From assembly GCA_030038075.1 (NCBI GenBank), contig JASHPO010000091.1, forward strand, positions 571 through 64,570: 64,000 bases of DNA, given 5' to 3'. This document shows, one piece after another, positions 19,505 through 28,923 of the stretch; within the stretch, counting starts at the first letter, position 1, and every line of letters starts with the position of its first letter. A model generated the notes under the pieces. The model ran no database searches. It was given only the letters and a program-made list of their open reading frames with translations, and was not told the origin of the DNA. The stretch is from Nitrososphaerales archaeon. Lineage in GTDB: Archaea; Thermoproteota; Nitrososphaeria; Nitrososphaerales; CADDZS01. The position numbers and the translations under genes are program-made.

Positions 19505-20482
19505 TTGGAGGGCCAGCCCATTAGTTCAGAAAAGTCGATTTCCTGCAACCAGCTGACAAAAATTTACAGCGGGAAAAAGAAAAACAAGGCTCTCGATTCT
19601 TTAACTTTTTCCGTTCCTGCGACTGGCATATTCGTACTTATCGGACGAAACGGCTCTGGAAAAACGACCCTAGTGCGAATTCTCTCGACGGAGCTTGCCC
19701 CAACATTTGGAAGAGCAACGATAGACGGCATGGACGTGATGAGAGACGCCGTAAATTTGAGAGACCGGATAGCGATTGTCCCACAGGAAGCGAGAGCCGT
19801 GCCTTGGATGACACCCGAACAGACGATCTTGTCGTATCTACTCTGGCGAGGCTTCGATTATCGAGAAGCAAAACAGAGGGCTCTGGACACGCTCGAAAAG
19901 GTCGGGCTGGGCAAGCAGGCCGATTCACTGAACCGCATGCTGTCTGGGGGAATGAAAAGAAAGGTCTTGGTTGCGACAGTACTTGCCTCCGAAGCGGAAA
20001 TCATCTTTCTTGACGAGCCTACGACCGGTCTTGACCCGATTTCTAGGAGAGAATTCTGGGAGCTCTTGAAGGAGATTGGTAAGGAACGCTTCACATTCCT
20101 CACTACGCACTACCTTGAAGAGGCTGAGGAGCTAGCTGACCGAATTGGAATTCTCGACCGAGGAAAGATGATCGGAGTTGGGACTCTCGACGAACTGAGA
20201 CGCAGCGTCAGTTACAACTACAGCATGAAGATTCCATCCGCCTCTGCGACAAGCATCCCTCAGGTTCGCAGCGGCGAGATAATCAAGAGCAAAGACAGCT
20301 ACAGGATTCTCACTTCCGAGGAGGAGGCGTTCAACATTTCGAGGGAACTGTCAAGGCAAGGAACGAAATTTACCATCACCCCAATATCGCTCGATGATAT
20401 TTTCTTCTATCTTGTAAACCGCGAAGGAGGAATCAAAACAATTGGAAACGAGAGAGAGCTCGAGGCCACGCCGGAAGAATAG
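19505..20482 (+). CDS. ABC-2 type transporter ATP-binding protein
   Basis: 325 aa with GRNGSGKTT, LSGGMKRK and IIFLDEPTTGLD. Confidence 0.85.
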   Translation: MEGQPISSEKSISCNQLTKIYSGKKKNKALDSLTFSVPATGIFVLIGRNGSGKTTLVRILSTELAPTFGRATIDGMDVMRDAVNLRDRIAIVPQEARAVPWMTPEQTILSYLLWRGFDYREAKQRALDTLEKVGLGKQADSLNRMLSGGMKRKVLVATVLASEAEIIFLDEPTTGLDPISRREFWELLKEIGKERFTFLTTHYLEEAEELADRIGILDRGKMIGVGTLDELRRSVSYNYSMKIPSASATSIPQVRSGEIIKSKDSYRILTSEEEAFNISRELSRQGTKFTITPISLDDIFFYLVNREGGIKTIGNERELEATPEE

Positions 20483-21218
20483 GAACGGGTTTAGCCAGAT
20501 TCTTGCGGGAATTCTGGTTAATTCCATTTACGAGATGAAAAACTACCCGGTTGTGCTCATAAACACCGTCCTTTCACCTCTTTCGTTTCTGATCCTCATC
20601 ACCTTTGTGAGCCGCGGGTCTCTGATCGGCGAAGCCGTCGAAGGAGGCTTGCTGATGAGCATGTTTTCTGCGGGAACTTCTTTGCAGGGAGACATGTCTC
20701 ACTTGAAGAACGATTTCAAACTCCAGGACATGGTGGTGAGCTCACCGACGAGGTGGCCAAATTACCTGATCGGCATCGCATTCTCTGAGATAGTGTATTC
20801 TGTTCCAGCTTTGGCGGTGTTGGGAATTCTGGCAGTTTATCTTGTCCACCTGACCCCATTCGGTGTTCTGCAGCTTATCGCGGTGCTTTTGATGATGTTC
20901 GTGACATCCATCGCGCTGGGCTTTACGTTTGCGACGTTTTCAAGCGATATTGTCCAGAGCTTCGCATTCTCAAGACTTGTTTCAACTCTTTTTTCTACTC
21001 TGCCCCCGGTATATTATCCGATTACTTACATTCCACTTCCGTTCAGGTATCTTGCCTACATTTCGCCAACTACTTACGCAGCTGAGATCGCACAAAACGC
21101 TGCGGGCTATATTCATCTATCAGCCTTGATGGTCTCAATCGACTGGAGTGTTTTGATAGCGGTAACCGTAATACTTACACTCCTATGCAGCACGAAAGCA
21201 AGATGGAGAGAAATCTAG
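20442..21218 (+). CDS. ABC-2 type transporter permease
   Basis: 258 aa polytopic protein. Its TTG start overlaps the upstream ATPase. Confidence 0.7.
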   Translation: METRESSRPRRKNRNGFSQILAGILVNSIYEMKNYPVVLINTVLSPLSFLILITFVSRGSLIGEAVEGGLLMSMFSAGTSLQGDMSHLKNDFKLQDMVVSSPTRWPNYLIGIAFSEIVYSVPALAVLGILAVYLVHLTPFGVLQLIAVLLMMFVTSIALGFTFATFSSDIVQSFAFSRLVSTLFSTLPPVYYPITYIPLPFRYLAYISPTTYAAEIAQNAAGYIHLSALMVSIDWSVLIAVTVILTLLCSTKARWREI

Positions 21219-21225
21219 AGCTTTT

Positions 21226-22695
21226 TCAGAAGGCCGTAAAGAAACCTACAATGCAGTCTCGCAACGAATCAAGAAAAGTGTGTCTGATCGCGCTCTCTCT
21301 TCCAGCCAGAGCCGACAAGCGTGATATTCTAAAATAAATCGGCGGATGAGGGTCGAAGTTGAACCAATCAAGCAATTTTCCAAATCGGTTGTATTTTTCC
21401 ATGTATAACTGCTTGAACCCGATCTTCGTCAGCGAAGTCGCTAGTCCCTGAGCGCTTCCGAGAACAACCGCAGATTCGGTATCGGCTCTCGTTTCCAGAA
21501 CCTTTCCGACCGCGAACAACACTCCAAACGCGATGACATAATAGAACAGCCCCAGAAACAGAAAGAGGGGATACCAAAGATAAAATGCTCCGGTGTAAAC
21601 GACCGCACTTGTTGCAAACAGTATTACCGGATCATGGCCCTTAACATGACCCAGCTCGTGCCCCACGACTGATTCCAACTCGTCATCGGTAAGATCTATG
21701 AGTGATCCGGCCGTGATCATTATCGCGGAGTGCTTTGAAGAAATTCCTGTCGCCATTGCGTTTGAAACTACGCTGTTTCCAATTACGATTTTTGGGACGG
21801 GCCTGCCAAATTTGGCAGCAACTTTTTCTACCAAGCTGTAAACATTTCTGGTCTTAATCTCAACGTCATCTTGGGAAGTATGTATTCCATTTCGCGAGAG
21901 TATTGCCATGACTGATGCTTTGATGTCACTCTGCGTCGCCGCATCGGCGCCACTTCGTATGACAAGATGACCCACCTCCTCTCGAATTTCCGATAGTATT
22001 CGCTTTCCGTGGGAGCCAAGAAATTCAAGAGTATCTGTCTTCGACCTGACGCTTACTACTGCCGCTAACGGTCTCTCAATGGTTGGTCGCACATTCCCAA
22101 GATTCATTGTAATGACGTCAGCGAAAACCAAGTAAACGAGCAGCAAGCCAATGATCAAGATTACAGTCAGGTCTCCGATAAACAGGAAAAGCACGAAGCT
22201 CAAAACAAGCGAAAGCAAAAAGACGTTTGTCGTGTTACCGGAAAAAATCCTGCGCATTATGTTTCGAGACGCGTTACTCTTGCTCGGCGCCTCCGAATGG
22301 TTTCCCCCTTCTGCCGAACCGATGACGAAGTACATGGTGCTCTTCTTGGCGTTTTGCAGATAGGTCCAAACCAGGTTTCGTATTTGATCCAGAGTTCTTG
22401 TGTACAGAGCAAGTTGAGATTGGTTTTTCTGGTCAATGTCGCCAAAACTCGCTTCGACCGTACGACCGATCTTTAGGTTGACCGAAAGACTTGCTTGATG
22501 GTCAGACGAATGTTGCTCCCACGAAAACGAAGTTTCGCCTTTACTTTCGATCTTTCTGTAAGAGCTATCAACAATCAGATTCAATTTTGGTGCTGAACAG
22601 TACATATCGATGAATTTTACCAGTCCCGAAACATCAGATTCTGAGATTTCTTTCTCGATAGTAACGCTCTTTGCAAAGGGGGAGAGTTCAGCCAA
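21226..22695 (-). CDS. M48-family (HtpX-like) zinc metalloprotease with long N-terminal domain
   Basis: 489 aa with HELGHVKGHD (HExxH) and flanking TM segments. Confidence 0.75.
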   Translation of the reverse strand: MAELSPFAKSVTIEKEISESDVSGLVKFIDMYCSAPKLNLIVDSSYRKIESKGETSFSWEQHSSDHQASLSVNLKIGRTVEASFGDIDQKNQSQLALYTRTLDQIRNLVWTYLQNAKKSTMYFVIGSAEGGNHSEAPSKSNASRNIMRRIFSGNTTNVFLLSLVLSFVLFLFIGDLTVILIIGLLLVYLVFADVITMNLGNVRPTIERPLAAVVSVRSKTDTLEFLGSHGKRILSEIREEVGHLVIRSGADAATQSDIKASVMAILSRNGIHTSQDDVEIKTRNVYSLVEKVAAKFGRPVPKIVIGNSVVSNAMATGISSKHSAIMITAGSLIDLTDDELESVVGHELGHVKGHDPVILFATSAVVYTGAFYLWYPLFLFLGLFYYVIAFGVLFAVGKVLETRADTESAVVLGSAQGLATSLTKIGFKQLYMEKYNRFGKLLDWFNFDPHPPIYFRISRLSALAGRESAIRHTFLDSLRDCIVGFFTAF

Positions 22696-22838
22696 AAGGA
22701 AAGAGCCTCAAATCGCTTTACATACGGTTCTCTTCTTTATGGATTTGTACTTGAGATCCTTGATCTGCGTGGGACATGTCCGATGCACTTTTTTAATGAA
22801 AGAGTTTAATTGAAACATTAGCCAAGGTAGTCTTTGTT

Positions 22839-23786
22839 TTGGGTTCGTGCCCGCAGTGCGGCGCCGAGGTGCCGGCGAACGCAAGCTTTTGCCCCGCGTG
22901 CGGAGAAGATCTTCATCCAGCAGTAGCGGACAGCGCGGTCGCCCAGAGTGATGTCAAGAAATGTTACTTCTGCTCAAAACCCTTTGTGGGCGAGGATGCT
23001 TACTATTTCAAGTGCAGGTACTGCGAGCACGATTTTTGTTCAGAGCACAGGCTGCCGGAGAACCACCTCTGTAAGAGCAGTCCGCTTCGAAGAAACATTC
23101 CAACGACTTCGATGCCGTATTATTCAACATCGAGCGGATACTACACCAGTAGCGGACAATCTAGTCGCGGAGGTCTCTCTCTAAGCCTATCAAAACAGGG
23201 AAGAAATCTAATCATCCTTATTGCATCAGGAGTGGTAATCGGTCTTCTAGCATCGTTTATTTTCGTAGACAATATTCAGGTGCTGCTTTTTCTGCTTCAG
23301 GATAATTATCTTGTTTACCACGGATGGCTGCCGGCACTTGTCACTTCGATCATTGTCGTCGCGCCCAACATTCTCGGATTGGAGGACATTTTCTTCAACG
23401 CAATTGCGGTTTTCTTCATCGATGGCCTCCTAAGAAATGTTTACTCGCCCAAGCAATACTATGTGGTATTCCTGTTGACCGCGATAGCAGGCAATGTCGT
23501 GAGTTTGTTTGGATACGGTCCGGGAGGCGGAATAGTAGCTACTACTCTCAGTTTCGGTGCGTCTGGAGGCATATTCGGTCTAGTGGCCGGCGCTGTTTCA
23601 GCAGATTATGCCTTTAATCGGAGGGTGAACACTGCTTTAGTTATATGGTTCCTCATTATCTTCGTTTGGAGTGCTCTCGGAGGCAGCGTTGATATTTTCG
23701 CCCATTTGGGCGGGGCACTCGTAGGATTAGCGATGGGGTTCGTAATCGGCGAACGGAGAAGAACCAGCTATCGCCATTCGAGATAA
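22839..23786 (+). CDS. rhomboid intramembrane serine protease with N-terminal zinc ribbon and AN1-type zinc finger
   Basis: CPQCGAEVPANASFCPACG is a zinc ribbon. CYFC-x13-CRYC-x4-C-x2-H-x5-H-x-C fits the AN1 spacing. GASGGIFG and AHLGGALVG are the catalytic Ser/His motifs. Confidence 0.8.
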   Translation: MGSCPQCGAEVPANASFCPACGEDLHPAVADSAVAQSDVKKCYFCSKPFVGEDAYYFKCRYCEHDFCSEHRLPENHLCKSSPLRRNIPTTSMPYYSTSSGYYTSSGQSSRGGLSLSLSKQGRNLIILIASGVVIGLLASFIFVDNIQVLLFLLQDNYLVYHGWLPALVTSIIVVAPNILGLEDIFFNAIAVFFIDGLLRNVYSPKQYYVVFLLTAIAGNVVSLFGYGPGGGIVATTLSFGASGGIFGLVAGAVSADYAFNRRVNTALVIWFLIIFVWSALGGSVDIFAHLGGALVGLAMGFVIGERRRTSYRHSR

Positions 23787-23807
23787 AGTCTTGCGACGCA
23801 CTCTCTT

Positions 23808-24455
23808 TTATTTTACGCGCGAAAGAAAATCTACGGTTCTCGCCCATGCGTCTTTGGCGGAAGGTTCATGGTAAGTCATTGGATTAAACCTGTTATGAAA
23901 CGCGTGCTTTGCCTCGGGATAAACGTGAACCTCTACTTTTTTCTTGTACTTCACCACAGCAGGGAGAAAAGTGCTGTACGCCCACGGCGTTATTCTCGTG
24001 TCTTCCGATCCCAAGAAAAGCAGAACGGGACCCCTCAAGTTAACAGTCTCATCAGCGTTTTCAATTGATCCGTAATAGTCCACGCAAAATGTCACCTCAG
24101 CATTGTTGCACGCGGCAAGGAGTGCGAATCCCCCTCCCATGCAAAAGCCCAGTGTTCCAAGTTTTGAAGCTCCCGCTCCCTTCAAGGCCTTCAGTCCCGC
24201 GCTAATCCCGGCTAGAGTTTGGTCTCTCGTGAGACCTTCTCGAATTTTGGCAGCCTCCTCGTACGATTTTGCCATCTTTCCGTGGTAGAGGTCCACCGCG
24301 GCCGCAGTGTGCCCGCTAGCTGAAAGAGTGTCGGCAACCGACTTGATATAATCATTGAATCCATACACCTCGTGTATAACGACCAGCCCCAAACCAGAGT
24401 TCCCCTTCGTGACATACGCATCGAACCCGTCAGACTTGACCATGGTACCGCTCAA
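23808..24455 (-). CDS. dienelactone hydrolase family protein
   Basis: 215 aa with nucleophile elbow GFCMGGG and alpha/beta hydrolase layout. Confidence 0.75.
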   Translation of the reverse strand: MSGTMVKSDGFDAYVTKGNSGLGLVVIHEVYGFNDYIKSVADTLSASGHTAAAVDLYHGKMAKSYEEAAKIREGLTRDQTLAGISAGLKALKGAGASKLGTLGFCMGGGFALLAACNNAEVTFCVDYYGSIENADETVNLRGPVLLFLGSEDTRITPWAYSTFLPAVVKYKKKVEVHVYPEAKHAFHNRFNPMTYHEPSAKDAWARTVDFLSRVK

Positions 24456-24602
24456 ATCCGAATAAACCAGTTTCAGTGTCCTTTGATCGGATTATTTAAC
24501 CGTTGGGCTGGAACGTGTACGTCACCTCTTGCGATCAGCAGCTGTTTGCCCTAAAACTCTATACGGGGAATCCTGAAATAAGATGGGACGAGTCATTCTC
24601 AT

Positions 24603-25553
24603 ATGACTCTGCTTCTTTCAGAATCTGATTTTCTCTCGCTGGCTTCTATGCCGGAGACAGTCGAATGTATCGAAAACTGCTTTCTGAACATGAAAGACCA
24701 GACGGCGGAAAACTTTCCACGGACGAGGGCCAGGTCTCCTAGTGGCAGCTTGCAGGTAATGTACACTCTTCTTCCCTACCTGGGCAGATCGGGCTCGAAG
24801 CTTTACACGGTCTCCGCAAGCGGGGCCAAGTTCGTAATCTTACTCTTCGACGTAAGGAGCGGCGAGCTCCTGTCCGTGATGGGCGCTAGAAACTTGGGCA
24901 AATATCGGACGGGGGCTGCCTCAGCGGTTGCCACCAAGTACTTGACTGGATTGAAAAGCTTCAAACTGGCTATGGCGGGTACGGGTGGTCAGTCGCTGAC
25001 TCAGATAACGGCCCAAATGCAGATTGCCAACATCGAGAGTGTCCATGTCTGGAGTCCGACCAGGGAGCACAGAGAAGCTTTCGCGAAAGAGGTGAGCAGA
25101 AATCAAGGACTCGATTGCCACGCGGAAGACACGGTCGAAAATGCGTTTCGAAGATGTGATGTTGCGACGGCGATAACAACCGCGAAGGATCCCTTCATCA
25201 CGAAGAAGGTGGCGGAAGGCCCAAGGCACATCAACGCTTGCGGTGCAAACGGTCTCGATCGAGCAGAATTATTTACCAACACTCTTGAAATCTTCGACAC
25301 GATCTGCGTTGACGATAAAAGGCAGGCGAAGATGGAAGCAAAGGAATTGAACGAGTCAGTCACCGCCGGGAAATATACTTGGGAAGATTTTGTGGAACTC
25401 AAAGACATTGTCCAGTCGAAAGTAAAACCTGGCAAGATAACGTTTTTCAAATCTCTCGGCATAGCCACCGAAGACATCGCACTCTCCAGTCTGATATATG
25501 ACAAGGCGATCAAATCTGGGGAGTTTGAGAACAAGCAGTTCAGATTTTTTTGA
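24603..25553 (+). CDS. ornithine cyclodeaminase / mu-crystallin family protein
   Basis: 316 aa with the Rossmann segment MAGTGGQS and typical length. Confidence 0.7.
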   Translation: MTLLLSESDFLSLASMPETVECIENCFLNMKDQTAENFPRTRARSPSGSLQVMYTLLPYLGRSGSKLYTVSASGAKFVILLFDVRSGELLSVMGARNLGKYRTGAASAVATKYLTGLKSFKLAMAGTGGQSLTQITAQMQIANIESVHVWSPTREHREAFAKEVSRNQGLDCHAEDTVENAFRRCDVATAITTAKDPFITKKVAEGPRHINACGANGLDRAELFTNTLEIFDTICVDDKRQAKMEAKELNESVTAGKYTWEDFVELKDIVQSKVKPGKITFFKSLGIATEDIALSSLIYDKAIKSGEFENKQFRFF

Positions 25554-25624
25554 ACTCTGAAATTACTTGAGATGAAAGACAGAAAACAATAATTTACCTT
25601 GCGAACTATTGACGGTGCTCATCC

Positions 25625-26089
25625 ATGACCGAATCGAAGAAGCTTCGAAAACGAAAGATTCCCCGAACGGAATCAGAAGAATCGCAGAAAGCTGATTCGA
25701 AGTCGGTGAACATGGACGCAATCAGCCAAGAGCTCGCAAAACTCGATTCGAGAAGACAGGATCTCGCGAAGAAGCTCGACGAGGCTCAAAAAACCTCAGA
25801 TTACGATACATTCCAGAAGATCGGGAACAGTTATCTCGGGACAATACTGGAGAGCATAAACCTCTACATTGATTTGATAAAGGAGATTAGTTCCGATCCG
25901 GTTGCGGGTGAACTCAAGACCGAGTTTGCCGGCATCGTGAAGAAAGGCAGCAACACCAAGGGGCTTGAAGGACAGTCTGAGTGGATATCAAACGACGTAT
26001 CACCGCTTTACGAGAAGGTCAGACAGATTTGCGCTTGCGTTTACGCCGCGGTCGCAAAGATAGACCAAGAAGCTAACAAAGTTGCCTAG
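25625..26089 (+). CDS. hypothetical protein, basic N-terminus and helical
   Basis: 154-aa ORF with coding-like composition. No motif recognised. Confidence 0.5.
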   Translation: MTESKKLRKRKIPRTESEESQKADSKSVNMDAISQELAKLDSRRQDLAKKLDEAQKTSDYDTFQKIGNSYLGTILESINLYIDLIKEISSDPVAGELKTEFAGIVKKGSNTKGLEGQSEWISNDVSPLYEKVRQICACVYAAVAKIDQEANKVA

Positions 26090-26280
26090 CGGCGGATGCC
26101 CGCTTCGCGAAGCATCTCCCTGCCACGAACCTCGGCGTCGCGAAGGTGGTTCGGACACCTCGTGATGGACTCTCCATAAACGTCGGCCCATAACCAGCCT
26201 TTGGCAAACAAGGATTGTGCAGTACTCTTCGCGGATATACCGCAGACATCACAGTGAAGTTCCAAAAGTTCCTCTTTCAT
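26086..26280 (-). CDS. small hypothetical Cys-containing protein
   Basis: 64-aa ORF (CDVC...CPNH). It overlaps the stop of the convergent neighbour by 4 nt. Confidence 0.35.
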   Translation of the reverse strand: MKEELLELHCDVCGISAKSTAQSLFAKGWLWADVYGESITRCPNHLRDAEVRGREMLREAGIRR

Positions 26281-26343
26281 TTTCGACGATGGGAGAATAA
26301 GTGAGATAGAAAAGTTTTGAGGAGGATTTCTTTTTTTCGAACG

Positions 26344-27621
26344 TTAACTAGAGTACGTCGCGTTAACGTCAAACTGGAGCGAAGAGCCAAACGGCGTCTC
26401 GATCTGGATCGTATACTGTTGACCGCCGATGATGCTCTGCGGTGCGTAAGGCGGGGTAAGGCTGTTCAGTGCGTTGATTGGTCCGAAATAGAACAACACC
26501 ACGACTTGGTACGGCTTGATTGTTAGACCAATCTGGTTCTGAGGTATCGGCGCGCTGTCCGGGTTGGGCTGGACTACAGATCCGTTGGTGAGTATCAAAA
26601 ACGTTGCAACAGTGGATTCAGAAGAGTTTTCTGTTGAGGGAGAAGGTTGCGGATCTGCAGGCGAAGAGTTCGTTCCTCCGTTTGAAGTGCCAGTGATCGT
26701 TGTCACTTCAGTGATTGTCGTCGTAATGGTGGACACAATCGTTGAAGTGCTGACGGTTACGTTACTCTGGGTTGACTCGGTTCCCATCGTGAGAACATCC
26801 AACGCCGAGATTGTCACGGGAGTGCTACCGGTGTTATTGAGTATCACAAGAAGCGTCGTCGGGTAAAGCTCCGAGCCGCGCACCACTGTTAGGTTGTCTC
26901 CGATTGGTGTCGGGGCTTCCCACCAAGACTCGGAAGCGATGTTTTGAATCGTTGACCCCGTCGTTGCAAGGCTATCATTCCAAGACTGTGAAGGGATTGC
27001 CAGACCTTGAGCCGCTGTCACGATTTCAAAACTGGGCATGCCGCCATTGTTCGTAGCCAGCACCGTGGGCGAGATGTCAAGTACAAATCCCGCGGAGGAA
27101 TTGGGATTTACAAGAGCCCCCCCGTTTGATAACGTCACCACGATCTCGTTTAGCGGGACTGAAGCCGTGTAATTTATTCCACCAAAAGTCACCGACGCAT
27201 TTGTAATGTCAAATCTTGCCTGGCTGTATGTCCCGCTGAAAACTTGCGCGCTGCCCAGCGTCAAGCCAGTGTTCACCACCGAAAGGAGATCTATCGTTCC
27301 TGCATTTGCGACCGTCTCCCATATCTGGTTCCCGTTCTGATCGGTGGCCGCTTCAATGTCCGAATAATTAATGTAAACATGAGTGGTACCCGCGGGCACG
27401 TTTGGAGGATCAGGCGGGTCTGTAATTTGGGCGGCGAGGATTCCGGTCGGCAAGGGATTCGAAGTAGTTGTGGTCACCGTTGTCCTGCTGGTAACAGTCG
27501 AAGAGCTCGGACCGGTTATGACCTTGCCCTGTTCTAGGGCGTTGACTCCACCGATGATCGCCGCGGCGATCAAAACGCCCACTAGGACCATCAGCATGAG
27601 GCTCCTCGCCACAGCTTTCAT
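26344..27621 (-). CDS. secreted, N-terminally anchored protein with DUF4382-like domain
   Basis: 425 aa with signal/anchor MKAVARSLMLMVLVGVLIAAAIIGG. The segment ITDPPD..HVYINYSDIE..WETV..GTIDLL..SGTYSQARFDI matches my recollection of the DUF4382 pattern. Thr-rich with many sequons. Confidence 0.55.
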   Translation of the reverse strand: MKAVARSLMLMVLVGVLIAAAIIGGVNALEQGKVITGPSSSTVTSRTTVTTTTSNPLPTGILAAQITDPPDPPNVPAGTTHVYINYSDIEAATDQNGNQIWETVANAGTIDLLSVVNTGLTLGSAQVFSGTYSQARFDITNASVTFGGINYTASVPLNEIVVTLSNGGALVNPNSSAGFVLDISPTVLATNNGGMPSFEIVTAAQGLAIPSQSWNDSLATTGSTIQNIASESWWEAPTPIGDNLTVVRGSELYPTTLLVILNNTGSTPVTISALDVLTMGTESTQSNVTVSTSTIVSTITTTITEVTTITGTSNGGTNSSPADPQPSPSTENSSESTVATFLILTNGSVVQPNPDSAPIPQNQIGLTIKPYQVVVLFYFGPINALNSLTPPYAPQSIIGGQQYTIQIETPFGSSLQFDVNATYSS

Positions 27622-28123
27622 AGGAAAGCAAATTCCTCATTGCCGCTTATTGAGCTTTAGGTATAGTTTGTTTTGTTGTAACGCTCTAGAGAAAGCAATG
27701 GTATCACTTTGACCAAATACATTATCTACGCTCTGCAAACTTTAGTGCTTGAAGATTTTTCGTCTCAATATAACTGCAGTATGTTCAAGTCGGATCTTCG
27801 GTTGTAGACTACAAACCGTAGTGTGGAAGGTTTTAGACACTAGGTTACACTCCGCTTAACAGCTGTACTCAAATTAAACGCGTAAAAGAGAGAAAAACTG
27901 GAACTCGTAGCAGTAATTTTCTCATGACATTTGCAATCAAATCCGTTAAGCAATCATATTCGCCAGAGCCTGAAATTGCTGAACTAATGGGATCTTTCAG
28001 GAACGCAGTGGATCTGGGGCGCCGCTAATCCTGCAAGTCGATGCTTCCAAGTTGAGTAATAGGTTTTTACAACCGAAGACTTGACAGAGCCTTTAAGTCA
28101 AAGAATTACGGGTTTGAAAAAAG

Positions 28124-28552
28124 ATGACAGTCGGAGCAGACGGCGCAGACTTGAAGGGTAACACTCTGCGAGTCTACACTTATCTCTTTAGAGTACAGAG
28201 ATCTGGCGTCAGGGAAGCCCAACGTACCCTGGGTTTCAAAAGCGCGTCCCTCGCTCAATACCATCTTGATAAGCTCGTTTCACTCGGTCTCGCGACGAAG
28301 GACGATCTCGGGAATTATTTGCTCGCCAAGGAAATCAAGATCGAGGCCCTCGAACAATTCCTGAAGATTGGTACCTACCTCATTCCAAGGTTTGTTCTTT
28401 ACTCGGTAATGCTGACGTTTCTTTTCGTTTATTTCGTCGTCGCCGTGGGGGATGTAATCTCAACGATAAGCGTGTGGGCATACATCTTCGCCTTCGCGGG
28501 TCTCGGAATCACGTGGTACGAAACCGCGAGAGCGTGGCGCAGAAGCCCTTAG
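28124..28552 (+). CDS. membrane-anchored winged-helix DNA-binding protein (wHTH plus 2 TM)
   Basis: 142 aa. GNTLRVYTYLFR..REAQRTLGFKSASLAQYHLDKLVSLGL is wHTH-like and is followed by two hydrophobic helices. Paralog of 36947..37408. Confidence 0.65.
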   Translation: MTVGADGADLKGNTLRVYTYLFRVQRSGVREAQRTLGFKSASLAQYHLDKLVSLGLATKDDLGNYLLAKEIKIEALEQFLKIGTYLIPRFVLYSVMLTFLFVYFVVAVGDVISTISVWAYIFAFAGLGITWYETARAWRRSP

Positions 28553-28626
28553 ATCGACAAAAATTGTCAAAGAATAGTTAAAAACCTCGAAAATCAAAGG
28601 CTTGCGCATCTGGAGATGCCTATCGT

Positions 28627-28923
28627 ATGTCAACCGCCGCAGAAAAACGTGAAAAGAAGAGAATTGAAAACGAGGACAAAGTCCAGAAAGCCCTCACGAC
28701 TCTGTCTCAGGTCGTAGAGAGCAACATCACCCCAAGGAACATTCGAAAGATCGTAAAGGACGCGATCAACATGCTTACGGACTCGAAGATTTCCGTGGGC
28801 GTGCGAGCGGCAAACGCAATCTCAATTTTGGAGGAAGTCAGCCAAGATCCAAACATGCCGTCTTTCAGCAGGGTCACTATCTGGTCTGCAGTTTCTACTC
28901 TCGAATCCGTGCGAGAGTCCTAA
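28627..28923 (+). CDS. UPF0147 family protein
   Basis: 98 aa. ITPRNIRK..VGVRAANAISILEEVSQDPNMPSFSRVTIWSAVSTLE matches the archaeal UPF0147 pattern as I recall it. Confidence 0.65.
   Translation: MSTAAEKREKKRIENEDKVQKALTTLSQVVESNITPRNIRKIVKDAINMLTDSKISVGVRAANAISILEEVSQDPNMPSFSRVTIWSAVSTLESVRES

Noticed and set aside
27924-28028. 34-codon ORF MTFAIKSVKQSYSPEPEIAELMGSFRNAVDLGRR, vaguely reminiscent of the N-termini of IS200/IS605 TnpB-like proteins.
   Set aside because: It is far too short for assignment. No downstream remnant of a TnpB body, no tnpA and no terminal hairpins were recognised.
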